55,068 nucleotides of DNA, from positions 1-55,068 of the forward strand of contig JACAFT010000003.1 of assembly GCA_013378375.1 (NCBI GenBank), in the 5' to 3' direction. The notes under the pieces are model-generated. The model did not search any database. It was not told the origin of the DNA and saw nothing but the letters and a program-made list of their open reading frames with translations. Source of the stretch: Nitrososphaerota archaeon. GTDB taxonomy: Archaea; Thermoproteota; Nitrososphaeria; Nitrososphaerales; UBA57. The translations under genes were made by a program, and so were the position numbers. This document shows, in pieces, positions 1-9,466 of the stretch. The stretch's first letter is position 1. Each line of letters opens with the position of its first letter.

Positions 1-477
1 ATCGTATGGTAACTTTTCATATTCTACCATATATTCTACACATGGCACGAGTAGTTGATCCTTAATTTTTGGTAACATTACTCTTTGCAAACTTGTAGCA
101 TCAATCACTAAATCATATTCGTCTGACGGGAAAGTATTTGGAGTAATTCTTTCACCATATTTGGCATTCAAACCCTTTGTCAAATCTAATTCTAATTGAT
201 GTTTGTCATAAGTGACAAGACCCTTACAACTCACTTTTCTTATTTTTCCTTTTAATTCTAAGTTGATATTATTACCATTGAAAAATACATAATCGTTGAA
301 ATCAATATTAATCCGAGCACAAATTCTTTCCATTTCACTTTTTGCTGCTCCCCAAGCACAAACAGAATCGAATTCTCCTTCTTTTTGCATCTCAAATCCA
401 ATGACTTCATGTTCAGAACTAAGTGTATGTAGTAAATACGAACCTGCTACCCCTAAACCAATTATTGCGATTTTCAA
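1..477 (-). CDS. FAD/NAD(P)-binding Rossmann-fold oxidoreductase, geranylgeranyl-reductase-like; 3' end runs off the window
   Basis: Absent from the ORF track because there is no stop in the window. My minus-strand translation from TTG at 475-477 reads (M)KIAIIGLGVAGSYLLHTLSSEHEVIGFEMQKEGEFDSVCAWGAAKSEM... It has an N-terminal GxGxxG dinucleotide-binding motif. An in-frame stop lies just upstream at 496-498. Confidence 0.55.
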   Translation of the reverse strand, partial: MKIAIIGLGVAGSYLLHTLSSEHEVIGFEMQKEGEFDSVCAWGAAKSEMERICARINIDFNDYVFFNGNNINLELKGKIRKVSCKGLVTYDKHQLELDLTKGLNAKYGERITPNTFPSDEYDLVIDATSLQRVMLPKIKDQLLVPCVEYMVEYEKLPYD

Positions 478-587
478 GAATAATTCAAAGTAATTTTATT
501 TCTTTATATGTTATGCTCTTTTTTTCAAGAATTTTAGTGATAACAACCTAAAGAAATAAAACCACATAAATATTACCTTATTATTGT

Positions 588-1922
588 TTGTCGAAAAAAA
601 CTAAAGAAGAAATGGAAAAAGACGCCCAAAAACCTGGAATAGATGCATTAAAATTACATCCATTTTATAAAGGTAAAATTGAAACTATGGTGAAATGTTC
701 TGTTCGATCTTTTGACGATTTTGCCGTTTGGTATTCTCCTGGTGTTGCTGCACCGTGTAAGGATATTAGTAATAATAAATCACAAGTTTTTGAACATACC
801 AACAAAGGAAATTCTATTGCAATTGTAAGTGATGGTTCACGTGTGTTGGGTTTGGGTAATATAGGACCTGAAGCTGGATTACCTGTTATGGAAGGAAAAG
901 CTCTTTTATTCAAATATCTTGGCGGTGTTGACGCCGTTCCAATAATGTTGGATACGAAAAATAAAGATGAAATAATTAGATTTTGCCAAGTTATTGCACC
1001 TACATTTGGCGGACTTAATCTTGAGGATATTGAAAGTCCAAAATGTTTTGAAATTCTATCTGAACTTCAGAAAACATTACCAATCCCTGTTTGGCATGAT
1101 GATCAACAAGGAACTGCTCTTGTTGTTATTGCTGGTTTGATAAATGCCGCAAAGTTTGTTAATAAATCATTTTCTAAACTTAGACTCAGTCTAATAGGTA
1201 GTGGTGCTGCTAATGTAGCATTAGTGCGTTTGTTGGGTAAAGCTGGTGTAGATCTTAGTAATGTTGTTGTTGTGGATAGTAGAGGAATAATTAACTTGAG
1301 TCGTGATGAATTACGATCTAATGATATTAAATGGAATATTGCTCAGACAACAAACAAGAATCAAATCACAGGAGGTATAAAAGAATCTTTACAAGATGCA
1401 GATGCATGTATTGCACTCTCTAAACCTGGCCCGGGAATCATTCAAGAATCTTGGATTAAAGAGATGTCTGATAATCCTATTGTTTTTGCATGTGCTAATC
1501 CTGTTCCTGAAATATGGCCTTGGGAAGCTAAAAATGCAGGAGCCTCAGTTGTTGCTACTGGCCGTTCAGATTTTCCTAATCAGGTTAATAATTCTTTAGG
1601 TTTTCCAGGACTCTTTCGTGGAGCACTTGACGTTCGTGCTCTGAAACTTACTGATGGTATGTGTTTAGCAGCTGCTTATGAAATTGCTTCTTATGCTGAA
1701 GAAAAAGGATTATCGGAAACACAAATCGTTCCTACTATGGACGAACTTGAGGTTTTTGCACGTGAAGCTGCGGCAGTTGCAATGAAAGCAATCGATGAAG
1801 GTGTGGCACAATTAAAACTAGATAAATCTGAAGTTTACGAAAATGCTTTACGAGTAATTAAACGATCTCGGGATATAACTAAAAATCAAATGGAATCTGG
1901 ATTTATACAACCTATTCCATGA
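588..1922 (+). CDS. NAD(P)-dependent malic enzyme (short prokaryotic form)
   Basis: 444 aa. Contains LHPFYKGKIE, VWYSPGVAAPC, VSDGSRVLGLGNIGPEAGLPVMEGKALLFK and a GSGAANVA Rossmann motif, all typical of malic enzymes. TTG start. Confidence 0.9.
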   Translation: MSKKTKEEMEKDAQKPGIDALKLHPFYKGKIETMVKCSVRSFDDFAVWYSPGVAAPCKDISNNKSQVFEHTNKGNSIAIVSDGSRVLGLGNIGPEAGLPVMEGKALLFKYLGGVDAVPIMLDTKNKDEIIRFCQVIAPTFGGLNLEDIESPKCFEILSELQKTLPIPVWHDDQQGTALVVIAGLINAAKFVNKSFSKLRLSLIGSGAANVALVRLLGKAGVDLSNVVVVDSRGIINLSRDELRSNDIKWNIAQTTNKNQITGGIKESLQDADACIALSKPGPGIIQESWIKEMSDNPIVFACANPVPEIWPWEAKNAGASVVATGRSDFPNQVNNSLGFPGLFRGALDVRALKLTDGMCLAAAYEIASYAEEKGLSETQIVPTMDELEVFAREAAAVAMKAIDEGVAQLKLDKSEVYENALRVIKRSRDITKNQMESGFIQPIP

Positions 1923-2903
1923 TTATTCATTTAATTGTTTTGAAAACAATTTGATGAACTTATTTAGTTTGTCATCTGGAATTCTTGCACCACAAGCTTT
2001 GTTATGTCCTCCACCGCTTCCTCCTATTGATGATGTTATTTCTGATACTATCTTTCCTAATTTTGCTTTCGAATCATATCTTGCTCTAAACGACATTTCA
2101 TAATATCCATTTATACTATGTCTATATACAAATGCTACTGGAGTATTTAATTCCCCAATTATCATGTTTGCTACCAATCCTATTGTAGGACTGTCTGATT
2201 CCATACATCCAAAATTCTTATATGATCTTGCTTCTTTTGTTATCTTTTTCATCATCTGTTTCATTCTATCAGCTTGTTTATTTGCTAATTCTGGGACATT
2301 ATTTATTTCATGTGGAAATTTTAAATCTTGAAATGCACTAACAATTTTATTACCAAATTGCGGTTTAGCGCCATCATATGCAAGTGCGTACGCTAACATA
2401 GTTGACTCGAGTAAAAGTAATTGTCTGTCGTAATTACTAATCAAACTCTTTGCAATGGGTTTGTTATCTAGATAATCAGTTATTGCCGCATAACATGCAA
2501 GTATTGACGAACTCTTTGGTACTCTTTTCTTTAAATATTCATATGTTAGAACTCCTGCACACTCATTTTTTGAATGTACCAGAGTAATCTGCGATTCAAG
2601 TAGTTTTCTTTTAATATTTGGCTTTAGAATATGATGATCTATGTATGTAAATTTCCCATGTTTTGTGATTCTTTTACATTCATTGATAAATTCTTCTGCA
2701 ATCCCATCATTCATACCTAAATCGCATACATATACTTCTGAATTATCATCTATTTTTTCTAATGTTGTTAAAATTTTGTCATAATTTACCAGATAGATTT
2801 TTGCATTAGTTGCCATTTTTACTAATGATGCAGATGCTATTCCGTCTACATCCTTTCCATGTGAAATGCAAAATGTTTTTCTTTTTCCTGTCATTCTTTC
2901 CAA
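1923..2903 (-). CDS. DHH/DHHA1-family phosphoesterase (NrnA/RecJ-like)
   Basis: 326 aa. Motifs HGKDVDGIASA, VCDLG, IDHH and a C-terminal GGSGGGHNKACGA (DHHA1 GGGH). Its start overlaps the stop of the upstream helicase gene by 13 nt. Confidence 0.8.
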   Translation of the reverse strand: MERMTGKRKTFCISHGKDVDGIASASLVKMATNAKIYLVNYDKILTTLEKIDDNSEVYVCDLGMNDGIAEEFINECKRITKHGKFTYIDHHILKPNIKRKLLESQITLVHSKNECAGVLTYEYLKKRVPKSSSILACYAAITDYLDNKPIAKSLISNYDRQLLLLESTMLAYALAYDGAKPQFGNKIVSAFQDLKFPHEINNVPELANKQADRMKQMMKKITKEARSYKNFGCMESDSPTIGLVANMIIGELNTPVAFVYRHSINGYYEMSFRARYDSKAKLGKIVSEITSSIGGSGGGHNKACGARIPDDKLNKFIKLFSKQLNE

Positions 2904-5635
2904 AAACCTCTCGTTGTTACATAAACTTTTTCTGCTAAATATATTCTTCTAAATAAATCCTCGTCGTCTATTCTATTCCTTAATACTCGTGCCGCTGTGT
3001 CTGGACCTATTCCATATGCTGATAGTGTAATTATTGCTTCTATTCCAAAATTTTGTATCAAAGATGATACTTTCCATAGTTTTTTGAAATATTTATCTTC
3101 TTCTTGTGTTAATTTTTTTCTTTTTTTCTTTTTATTTATTATTTTGATGATATTGGTATCTGTGACGTAAGTTCTTGTTATTATTCTCGATCTACATCTG
3201 GGACATTTTATGTTGTTATTTTTTAAATCTTTTGGTTTAGTTACCGTTTCCCAAATTCCACAACTCAAACATATTAATTTATTATTTGTTTCATTCAATC
3301 TTTTTTTTACTAATTTTATTATACTGTTTTCAATTGTTAGTGGTAATGCTGCAAATGTATTAGCATATTCTAGTATTGGCTTAGCAAGTGGTGAATACTC
3401 TCCATTATATGTTTTATATTCTATTTTTATTTTATTGTTTTTTATATTATTAATTATTTCGAGAGAATTTTTTAAATCATATTTTTCTAGAATTAATTCT
3501 CTCATTATTTCTTTATCAAGGGGTGTGTCTTTGAACCTCTTTCTAATTAATCTTGCTGCACGTTTATCATATTTGGAATCTTTGTTTATTACTCCAAATC
3601 TCTTTGCAACATGCCATGTTTTCCAATTCAAAGGATGTGTTCCTATTACTGCTACTTTTAGTATTTCTTTAATGTCAATATCTTGCTGTAATGATTCTTC
3701 AATATCCATTTTTGATATTACACCTCTAGAAGATAATGCTATTCTGTATGGATCTGATCTTGAATCTACTAGCGCTCCATTTCTTGACGAAATTAAAGTT
3801 GAGAGTAATGTGGCAATTGTTTGATTTACTCTAGTACCAAAACATGAATGTATTACTATTGTTCCATTTTTTATTGGTTGTTCTATTACGATGTTTTGAT
3901 TATGAGGAATTACTCCGAGTAATTTCTTTGTTTCCTTAATGAGTATTTTTTGATTTACACTCACTCTATTTTCTTTTCCGTTTATGATGTCTTTTCTTAA
4001 CACACCTACTTTTTGTGCAGTTTTGTATTCCACAGGAATTAGTTCTCCAATCCAATGAGGAATTTCTGATATATCCGAAAACATTGGTTCTACATATACT
4101 GTCTTTTTATCATCATCAATTGAAATAACTCGCCAAGAATTTCCTTTTAATATAAATTGTTTTCCTGGTTCTGCATGTTCTCCGACAAATAATTGATCTA
4201 ATTTTCCTACTCTCTTTTTTTTTGAAACGTCCATTACATCAAATTGAACTGAATCAGGTATTGTTGATAAATTCTGATAATAATATTCAAAAATTTTATA
4301 CCCTCTTTTTATATTTGTCCCATCAAATCTTAGTATGTTTTGACCGGTTAACAAATTTATTGATTCAATTATTTCTTCTTCCGACGTATTTCTAAAGGGA
4401 TATGATCTATTCACGATATTTAATACATCTTTTAGACTAACATTCACGTTTGCCATTACCATTCCTGTAATTTGATGTGCGAGAACGTCAAGGGAATTTT
4501 CGTGGATATTTATGTGTTCTAGATCCTTTCTTTCTACCCTGTCAATTAATGCTAATGATTCTAATTCATCATCAATTCGATTTGTTAAAATTAATCCTAT
4601 GGATGTTTGTCCTGTTTTATGTTTACTTCTACCAACTCGTTGCATTAGTTTAATTGCTTGACGAGGTGAACCAAATTGCATTACTCTTTCTATATTACCG
4701 ATGTCTATTCCAAGTTCAAGCGAAGACGTACATACAACTAATACTGGTTGATCACCTCTTAGTTTGATTTCTGCATCTTCTCTTGCCTCTCTTGCTAATG
4801 AACCATGATGAATCTCAACTGGAAAATCAGGGTTTTCTGCTTTTAATATTGATCCTATTGCTTCAGCTTCAACTCTTGTGTTTGTAAATAATAAAGTTGA
4901 TTTACTGCTTGAACTAACTTCTTTTAGAATAATTTTTGCAACATCAAACAAAGTTCCATTGATATATTCTGTTTTTATATCATATTCTTTTTTTGTATGA
5001 TCAAATATTGCAGTTGATTTTTTACTCTCTCCTGATAATAAACGCATTCCTGTACTTACGTCACCCAATGTCGCTGATAATCCAATTCTAACAATTTTGA
5101 ATTTAGTTAATTTTTGTAATCTTTCTAACGACAATGACAAGTGTGTACCTCTTTCATTACCAATTAGTTCATGAAATTCATCAATTATTACATATTTTAT
5201 TTCAGTTAGTATTTCTCTTGACGATTTATTTGTTAATAATATTCCCAATGTTTCAGGTGTTGTTATCAAAAGTTCTGGTGGTTCTTCAATCATTTTTCTC
5301 CTTTGCGTTCTAGATGTATCTCCATGTCTTATTTCAACTCGCAGATTTTCTGATTCTGCATATCTGATAATTCTTCTAAATATGTCACGATTTAATGATT
5401 TTAATGGTGTGATGTATAAAACCTGTATTTTCTTTTTTTGTGAATTTTTTGTTATGTCTAATATTGTTGGAATAATTGCCGCTTCTGTTTTACCTGATCC
5501 AGTAGGAGCAATTAGTAAAACATTTTCTCCTTTAGCTATTTTTGTATATGATTTTTTTTGAATTTCTGTTAAATTATTGAACCCCATGTTTGTGTATTTT
5601 TTTATAACACTTTTTTCGAAGTCTTGATTATGCAT
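2891..5635 (-). CDS. lhr: Lhr-family superfamily-2 ATP-dependent helicase (DEXH) with C-terminal zinc ribbon
   Basis: 914 aa. Walker A APTGSGKTEAA, DEFH box, SATL, TSSLELGIDIG and QRVGRSKH motifs. C-terminal CLSCG...CPRCRS. Confidence 0.85.
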   Translation of the reverse strand: MHNQDFEKSVIKKYTNMGFNNLTEIQKKSYTKIAKGENVLLIAPTGSGKTEAAIIPTILDITKNSQKKKIQVLYITPLKSLNRDIFRRIIRYAESENLRVEIRHGDTSRTQRRKMIEEPPELLITTPETLGILLTNKSSREILTEIKYVIIDEFHELIGNERGTHLSLSLERLQKLTKFKIVRIGLSATLGDVSTGMRLLSGESKKSTAIFDHTKKEYDIKTEYINGTLFDVAKIILKEVSSSSKSTLLFTNTRVEAEAIGSILKAENPDFPVEIHHGSLAREAREDAEIKLRGDQPVLVVCTSSLELGIDIGNIERVMQFGSPRQAIKLMQRVGRSKHKTGQTSIGLILTNRIDDELESLALIDRVERKDLEHINIHENSLDVLAHQITGMVMANVNVSLKDVLNIVNRSYPFRNTSEEEIIESINLLTGQNILRFDGTNIKRGYKIFEYYYQNLSTIPDSVQFDVMDVSKKKRVGKLDQLFVGEHAEPGKQFILKGNSWRVISIDDDKKTVYVEPMFSDISEIPHWIGELIPVEYKTAQKVGVLRKDIINGKENRVSVNQKILIKETKKLLGVIPHNQNIVIEQPIKNGTIVIHSCFGTRVNQTIATLLSTLISSRNGALVDSRSDPYRIALSSRGVISKMDIEESLQQDIDIKEILKVAVIGTHPLNWKTWHVAKRFGVINKDSKYDKRAARLIRKRFKDTPLDKEIMRELILEKYDLKNSLEIINNIKNNKIKIEYKTYNGEYSPLAKPILEYANTFAALPLTIENSIIKLVKKRLNETNNKLICLSCGIWETVTKPKDLKNNNIKCPRCRSRIITRTYVTDTNIIKIINKKKKRKKLTQEEDKYFKKLWKVSSLIQNFGIEAIITLSAYGIGPDTAARVLRNRIDDEDLFRRIYLAEKVYVTTRGFWKE

Positions 5636-5641
5636 GTTGGT

Positions 5642-5755
5642 TTATTTCTTTATCTTATTTGCCTGATATTCATAGACAAAAATCATAATTATTGCCAATA
5701 TGAAAAGTACTGCTAATATTGTATCCATAAATCCAAAGAATTCATTAATTGACAT
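5642..5755 (-). CDS. Hypothetical 37-aa single-TM peptide
   Basis: My translation is MSINEFFGFMDTILAVLFILAIIMIFVYEYQANKIKK. It has a hydrophobic core and a basic tail, and lies in the intergenic gap between lhr and aconitase. There is no homology support. Confidence 0.25.
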   Translation of the reverse strand: MSINEFFGFMDTILAVLFILAIIMIFVYEYQANKIKK

Positions 5756-5854
5756 ATAGGTTGATATCAGATTATAGTCATTTAACTTTTACGAGTACCC
5801 GTAAAAGGATAATTATTTTTAAATAGAAAATTCTACCCCTCATTAGTTAGAATT

Positions 5855-8119
5855 ATGACCGTTTACACAGATGTTGCTCTGATCTCTAGTTTATATGCGA
5901 AAATGGAAGAAAATATTACTAATTTTCGTTCTACTAATGACAGATTTTTAACACTTTCTGAAAAACTTATGATTGGACATTTATCTAATAACTCATTTTC
6001 ATCTGTTGTCCCTGGTCGAGATTATATCTTGTTAAAGCCTGATCATGTTGCATTGCAAGATGTTACTGGTCAAATGGTTTTATTACAATTCATGCAATCT
6101 GGTCTAGAAGAAGTTTCTATTTCAACAACAGTTCATTGTGATCATCTTATTCAGGCTCAAGTTTCTGCTACTGAAGATATTAAGAAATCTTTATTTGAAA
6201 ATAATGAAGTTTATAAGTTTCTAGAATCTGCTTGTTGTAAATTTGGAATTGGTTTTTGGAAACCTGGTGCAGGAATAATTCATCAAGTTCTTCTCGAAAA
6301 TTATGCTTTCCCGGGCGGTCTGATGATTGGTACTGATTCTCACACTCCCAATGCAGGTGGTTTGGGTATGCTAGCTATTGGTGTTGGTGGTATAGATGCT
6401 TCGGAAGTTATGGCTGGCCTTGATTGGGAAATTCTATTACCAAAAAAAATTGGCGTCTATCTTACGGGAGAACTTAATGGATGGTGTTCTCCTAAAGATG
6501 TAATTCTTTATTTAGCTTCAATTTTAACAGTTTCTGGCGGAACTAATTCTATTATTGAATACTTTGGTCCAGGTGCGAATTCAATTAGTTGTACCGGAAA
6601 GGCAACAATTACTAATATGGGTGCAGAATTAGGTGCTACTGCATCTATATTCCCATTTGATACTTATATGTCAACATATCTAAGACTTACAAATCGTAGT
6701 CTTGTTGCTAATGAAGCTGAAAAATATTCTCATCTTCTAAGAGCAGATGACGATGTAGAAAAAAATCCTGAAAAATATTTCGATAAAGTCATTAAAATTA
6801 ATCTTTCTTTATTACAACCCTTTGTTGTTGGTCCACATACTCCTGATCTTGCACGTCCAATTTCTAAATTAGCTGAAGATGTAAAGAATCACGATTACAT
6901 TGATGATATTTCTGTTGCTCTAATAGGAAGCTGTACGAATTCTTCATATGAAGATATGTCTCGTGTTTCAGATATTGCATTACAAGCTAAATCGAAAGGA
7001 ATTGTTGCTAATATTCCTCTTATGATAACTCCCGGTTCTGAACAAATTCGTGCTACTATTGAGAGAGATGGACAACTGGAGAATCTTGAGTCTATTGGCG
7101 CTACTGTTTTTGCTAATGCTTGCGGGCCTTGTATTGGTCAATGGAATAGACCTGAACTTACAAACCTCAATAATACAATTCTGACTTCTTACAATCGAAA
7201 TTTTCCTGGTAGGAATGATGGCAGTCGCGAAACTATGAATTTTATCGCAAGTCCTGAAATTGTCGTTGCATTATCATTAAGTGGTAGTCTATCCTTTAAT
7301 CCTCTTGAAGATTTTTTAATTGATTCTAATGGCGATAAATTCAAATTAAAACCTCCAAAAAAAGTTTCTGATGTTCCACCACGTGGTTTTATTTCTTCTG
7401 ACGATCTTTTTGTTCCACCATCTTCTGATTCTAATATCAAAGTCATTATTGATTCTAATAGTGTAAGATTACAAGCTTTGCAACCATTTCATCAGTGGGA
7501 TGAAAGTAATTATTCCAATATTGTTATTCTTGCCAAAGTTTCTGGTAAATGTACTACTGATCATATATCGCCTGCAGGTAAGTGGCTGAGATATCGTGGA
7601 CATATAGATAAGATTAGTGATAACTTGTTAAATGGTGCAACTAATTCTTTTAACAAAGACATAGGCAAAGGAAATAATTATCTTACTAATACTGTTGATA
7701 GTTTTTCTTCAATTGCTCGATCATATAAAAAACAAAATATTCCTTGGTTGATAATTGGCGATGATAATTATGGGGAAGGCAGTAGCAGAGAACATGCTGC
7801 TATGTCACCTAGATATTTAGGCTGTGTTGCGGTTATTGCAAAAAGCTTTGCACGAATTCATGAAACTAATCTAAAAAAACAAGGTGTTTTAGCTTTAACT
7901 TTCTCTAATCCAGATGATTATAATAAATTACTTGAATCTGATAAAATTACTATTCTTGGTCTATCAAATTTTTCTGAAAAGCAAAGTTTGTCTGCAATTA
8001 TTAAACATGAGAATCATTCTGATGAAGAAATTACATTTCTGCATTCTTATAATAAGTCACAAATTGAATGGTTTAAGAAAGGATCTGCCTTGAATGTTTT
8101 ACGTTCAAAAATTTTATAA
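5855..8119 (+). CDS. acnA: Aconitate hydratase (about 750 aa, mitochondrial-type)
   Basis: 754 aa. Contains DHVALQDVTG, GTDSHTPNAGGLG, IGSCTNSSYEDM, NACGPCIGQW and YGEGSSREHAA, which are Fe-S cluster ligand and substrate motifs. Confidence 0.92.
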   Translation: MTVYTDVALISSLYAKMEENITNFRSTNDRFLTLSEKLMIGHLSNNSFSSVVPGRDYILLKPDHVALQDVTGQMVLLQFMQSGLEEVSISTTVHCDHLIQAQVSATEDIKKSLFENNEVYKFLESACCKFGIGFWKPGAGIIHQVLLENYAFPGGLMIGTDSHTPNAGGLGMLAIGVGGIDASEVMAGLDWEILLPKKIGVYLTGELNGWCSPKDVILYLASILTVSGGTNSIIEYFGPGANSISCTGKATITNMGAELGATASIFPFDTYMSTYLRLTNRSLVANEAEKYSHLLRADDDVEKNPEKYFDKVIKINLSLLQPFVVGPHTPDLARPISKLAEDVKNHDYIDDISVALIGSCTNSSYEDMSRVSDIALQAKSKGIVANIPLMITPGSEQIRATIERDGQLENLESIGATVFANACGPCIGQWNRPELTNLNNTILTSYNRNFPGRNDGSRETMNFIASPEIVVALSLSGSLSFNPLEDFLIDSNGDKFKLKPPKKVSDVPPRGFISSDDLFVPPSSDSNIKVIIDSNSVRLQALQPFHQWDESNYSNIVILAKVSGKCTTDHISPAGKWLRYRGHIDKISDNLLNGATNSFNKDIGKGNNYLTNTVDSFSSIARSYKKQNIPWLIIGDDNYGEGSSREHAAMSPRYLGCVAVIAKSFARIHETNLKKQGVLALTFSNPDDYNKLLESDKITILGLSNFSEKQSLSAIIKHENHSDEEITFLHSYNKSQIEWFKKGSALNVLRSKIL

Positions 8120-8371
8120 TTCTTCTTGTTCTAGATTTAAAAATTCCTTCATTTTCTTAAACATGAAATCTCTATGTTCTTTGTTGGATAAATCTACTTT
8201 AAACTCATTCATTACTTTCATTTGCATATCATTTTCCCATTCTAAAAAACACTCGTTACACACTGATTTTTCCATTTCTTTGGAGAATTCTCCTTTAAAT
8301 ATGGTTGATTCTATTGGATCCTTGCTCATTTTACATTTTACGCAGTTTATCATGTATTTTACTAATCTCAA
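8114..8371 (-). CDS. yggX: YggX-family Fe(2+)-trafficking / oxidative-damage protection protein
   Basis: 85 aa. INCVKC...FKGEFSKEMEKSVCNECFLEW...MNEFKVDLSNKEHRDFMFKKMKEFL aligns by eye with E. coli YggX (IFCTF...[21 protein letters not shown]...[25 protein letters not shown]). Confidence 0.7.
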   Translation of the reverse strand: MRLVKYMINCVKCKMSKDPIESTIFKGEFSKEMEKSVCNECFLEWENDMQMKVMNEFKVDLSNKEHRDFMFKKMKEFLNLEQEEL

Positions 8372-8430
8372 TAATCATCAAAAAAGCTTCTTATATATAA
8401 TATATATGCAGTTTTTTCGAATAATCCTTA

Positions 8431-8904
8431 ATGACAATTGATATTAAAAAATTTAAAAAAGTTCTTGGTTCTTTTGCAACCGGTGTTACTGTTGTAACTA
8501 CTTCCCTTGATGGCAGAAATCATGGATTGACTGTTAATGCATTTTCTTCCTTATCATTAAAACCTCCATTAGTATTGATATGTATTGATAAGAAAACCGA
8601 ATCATCTAAAATTCTTAAAAAAAGTAAAATATTTGCTGTAAATATTCTTCAACGTAATCAAGAACACCTTAGTAAGATTTTTTCCGACCCACAGAATAAA
8701 AATCGATTTCGCGGTGTGAAAACAATAAAAAAAATATCCGGTTCTCCAATTATTGTAAATTCATTAGCTTATATTGATTGTCGAGTTGAAAAAATATTTT
8801 CTATTGGCGATCATAATATTTTTATTGGGAAAGTAATAACTTTAAATTATAAAAATTTGAATCCTTTGCTTTATTACAGGGGTGAGTACATTGACACTGA
8901 ATAG
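8431..8904 (+). CDS. Flavin reductase-like FMN-binding domain protein
   Basis: 157 aa. FATGVTVVTT...HGLTVNAFSSLSLKPPLVLICI...GDHNIFIGKV is the typical HpaC/flavin reductase pattern. Confidence 0.8.
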   Translation: MTIDIKKFKKVLGSFATGVTVVTTSLDGRNHGLTVNAFSSLSLKPPLVLICIDKKTESSKILKKSKIFAVNILQRNQEHLSKIFSDPQNKNRFRGVKTIKKISGSPIIVNSLAYIDCRVEKIFSIGDHNIFIGKVITLNYKNLNPLLYYRGEYIDTE

Positions 8905-9397
8905 TAATTTTAAAAAAATTGCTGTTTGTGGAAGTAATTCATCAAGTTCTTTAGATACTCTTGGCATTGCTGAGAATATTGGTTCTGAAATTGCTAAACA
9001 CAATGGAGTGTTGTTGTGTGGAGGTATGGGTGGTGTTATGGAAGCTGCTTCTCGAGGAGCAAAAATGTTTAATGGTGTAACTGTTGGTATTCTTCCTGGC
9101 GATACTGAATCTGAATCAAATAAATATATTGATATTCATATTCCTACTTCTCTTGGAAAACTTAGGAATTTTTTTGTTGTAAGTCTTGCAGATGTTGTGA
9201 TTGGCATTGCAGGTGGATGGGGTACCTTATCTGAACTGTCTTTGGCTATGAATCTTAACAAACCTGTGATATTAATTCGCAATACTGGAGGTGTAGTGGA
9301 TTGGTTATATTCAAATCAAAACTCGTTTTTAGGCTCCACTTTTCATGTTGCAGATAATGCTAAAGACGCAATAATTCTTGCATTTTCCAATGATTAA
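8882..9397 (+). CDS. TIGR00725 / LOG-like (SLOG superfamily) Rossmann protein
   Basis: 171 aa. KIAVCGS...GVLLCGGMGGVMEAASRGA...GIAGGWGTLSELSLA. It overlaps the flavin reductase gene by 23 nt; an alternative TTG start lies at 8891. Confidence 0.7.
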   Translation: MSTLTLNSNFKKIAVCGSNSSSSLDTLGIAENIGSEIAKHNGVLLCGGMGGVMEAASRGAKMFNGVTVGILPGDTESESNKYIDIHIPTSLGKLRNFFVVSLADVVIGIAGGWGTLSELSLAMNLNKPVILIRNTGGVVDWLYSNQNSFLGSTFHVADNAKDAIILAFSND

Positions 9398-9433
9398 TTG
9401 GTTCACTGGTTCATTTTTGCAGTGATTTTAGTT

Positions 9434-9446
9434 AAAATATATATTT
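9434..9446 (+). promoter_or_regulatory. Candidate archaeal TATA box for the 9467 cluster, implying a near-leaderless transcript
   Basis: aaaatatatattt is centred about 27 nt upstream of the ATG at 9467. This is position and composition only, in an AT-rich background. Confidence 0.3.
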
Positions 9447-9466
9447 GAATAAAAAATATATTAGAC

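Noticed and set aside
296-493. Plus-strand 65-aa ORF from the track
   Set aside because: It lies antisense to a much better minus-strand reading frame (1-477) with a clear GxGxxG Rossmann N-terminus, and its own sequence has no recognisable features.
3210-3824. 204-aa plus-strand ORF
   Set aside because: It lies entirely inside, and antisense to, the Lhr helicase gene. Its Leu/Phe/Ile/Ser-rich low-complexity composition is typical of shadow ORFs in AT-rich DNA.
8094-8441. 115-aa plus-strand ORF overlapping the aconitase end
   Set aside because: It is antisense to the YggX-like gene, which has a convincing family alignment. The plus-strand product is low complexity.
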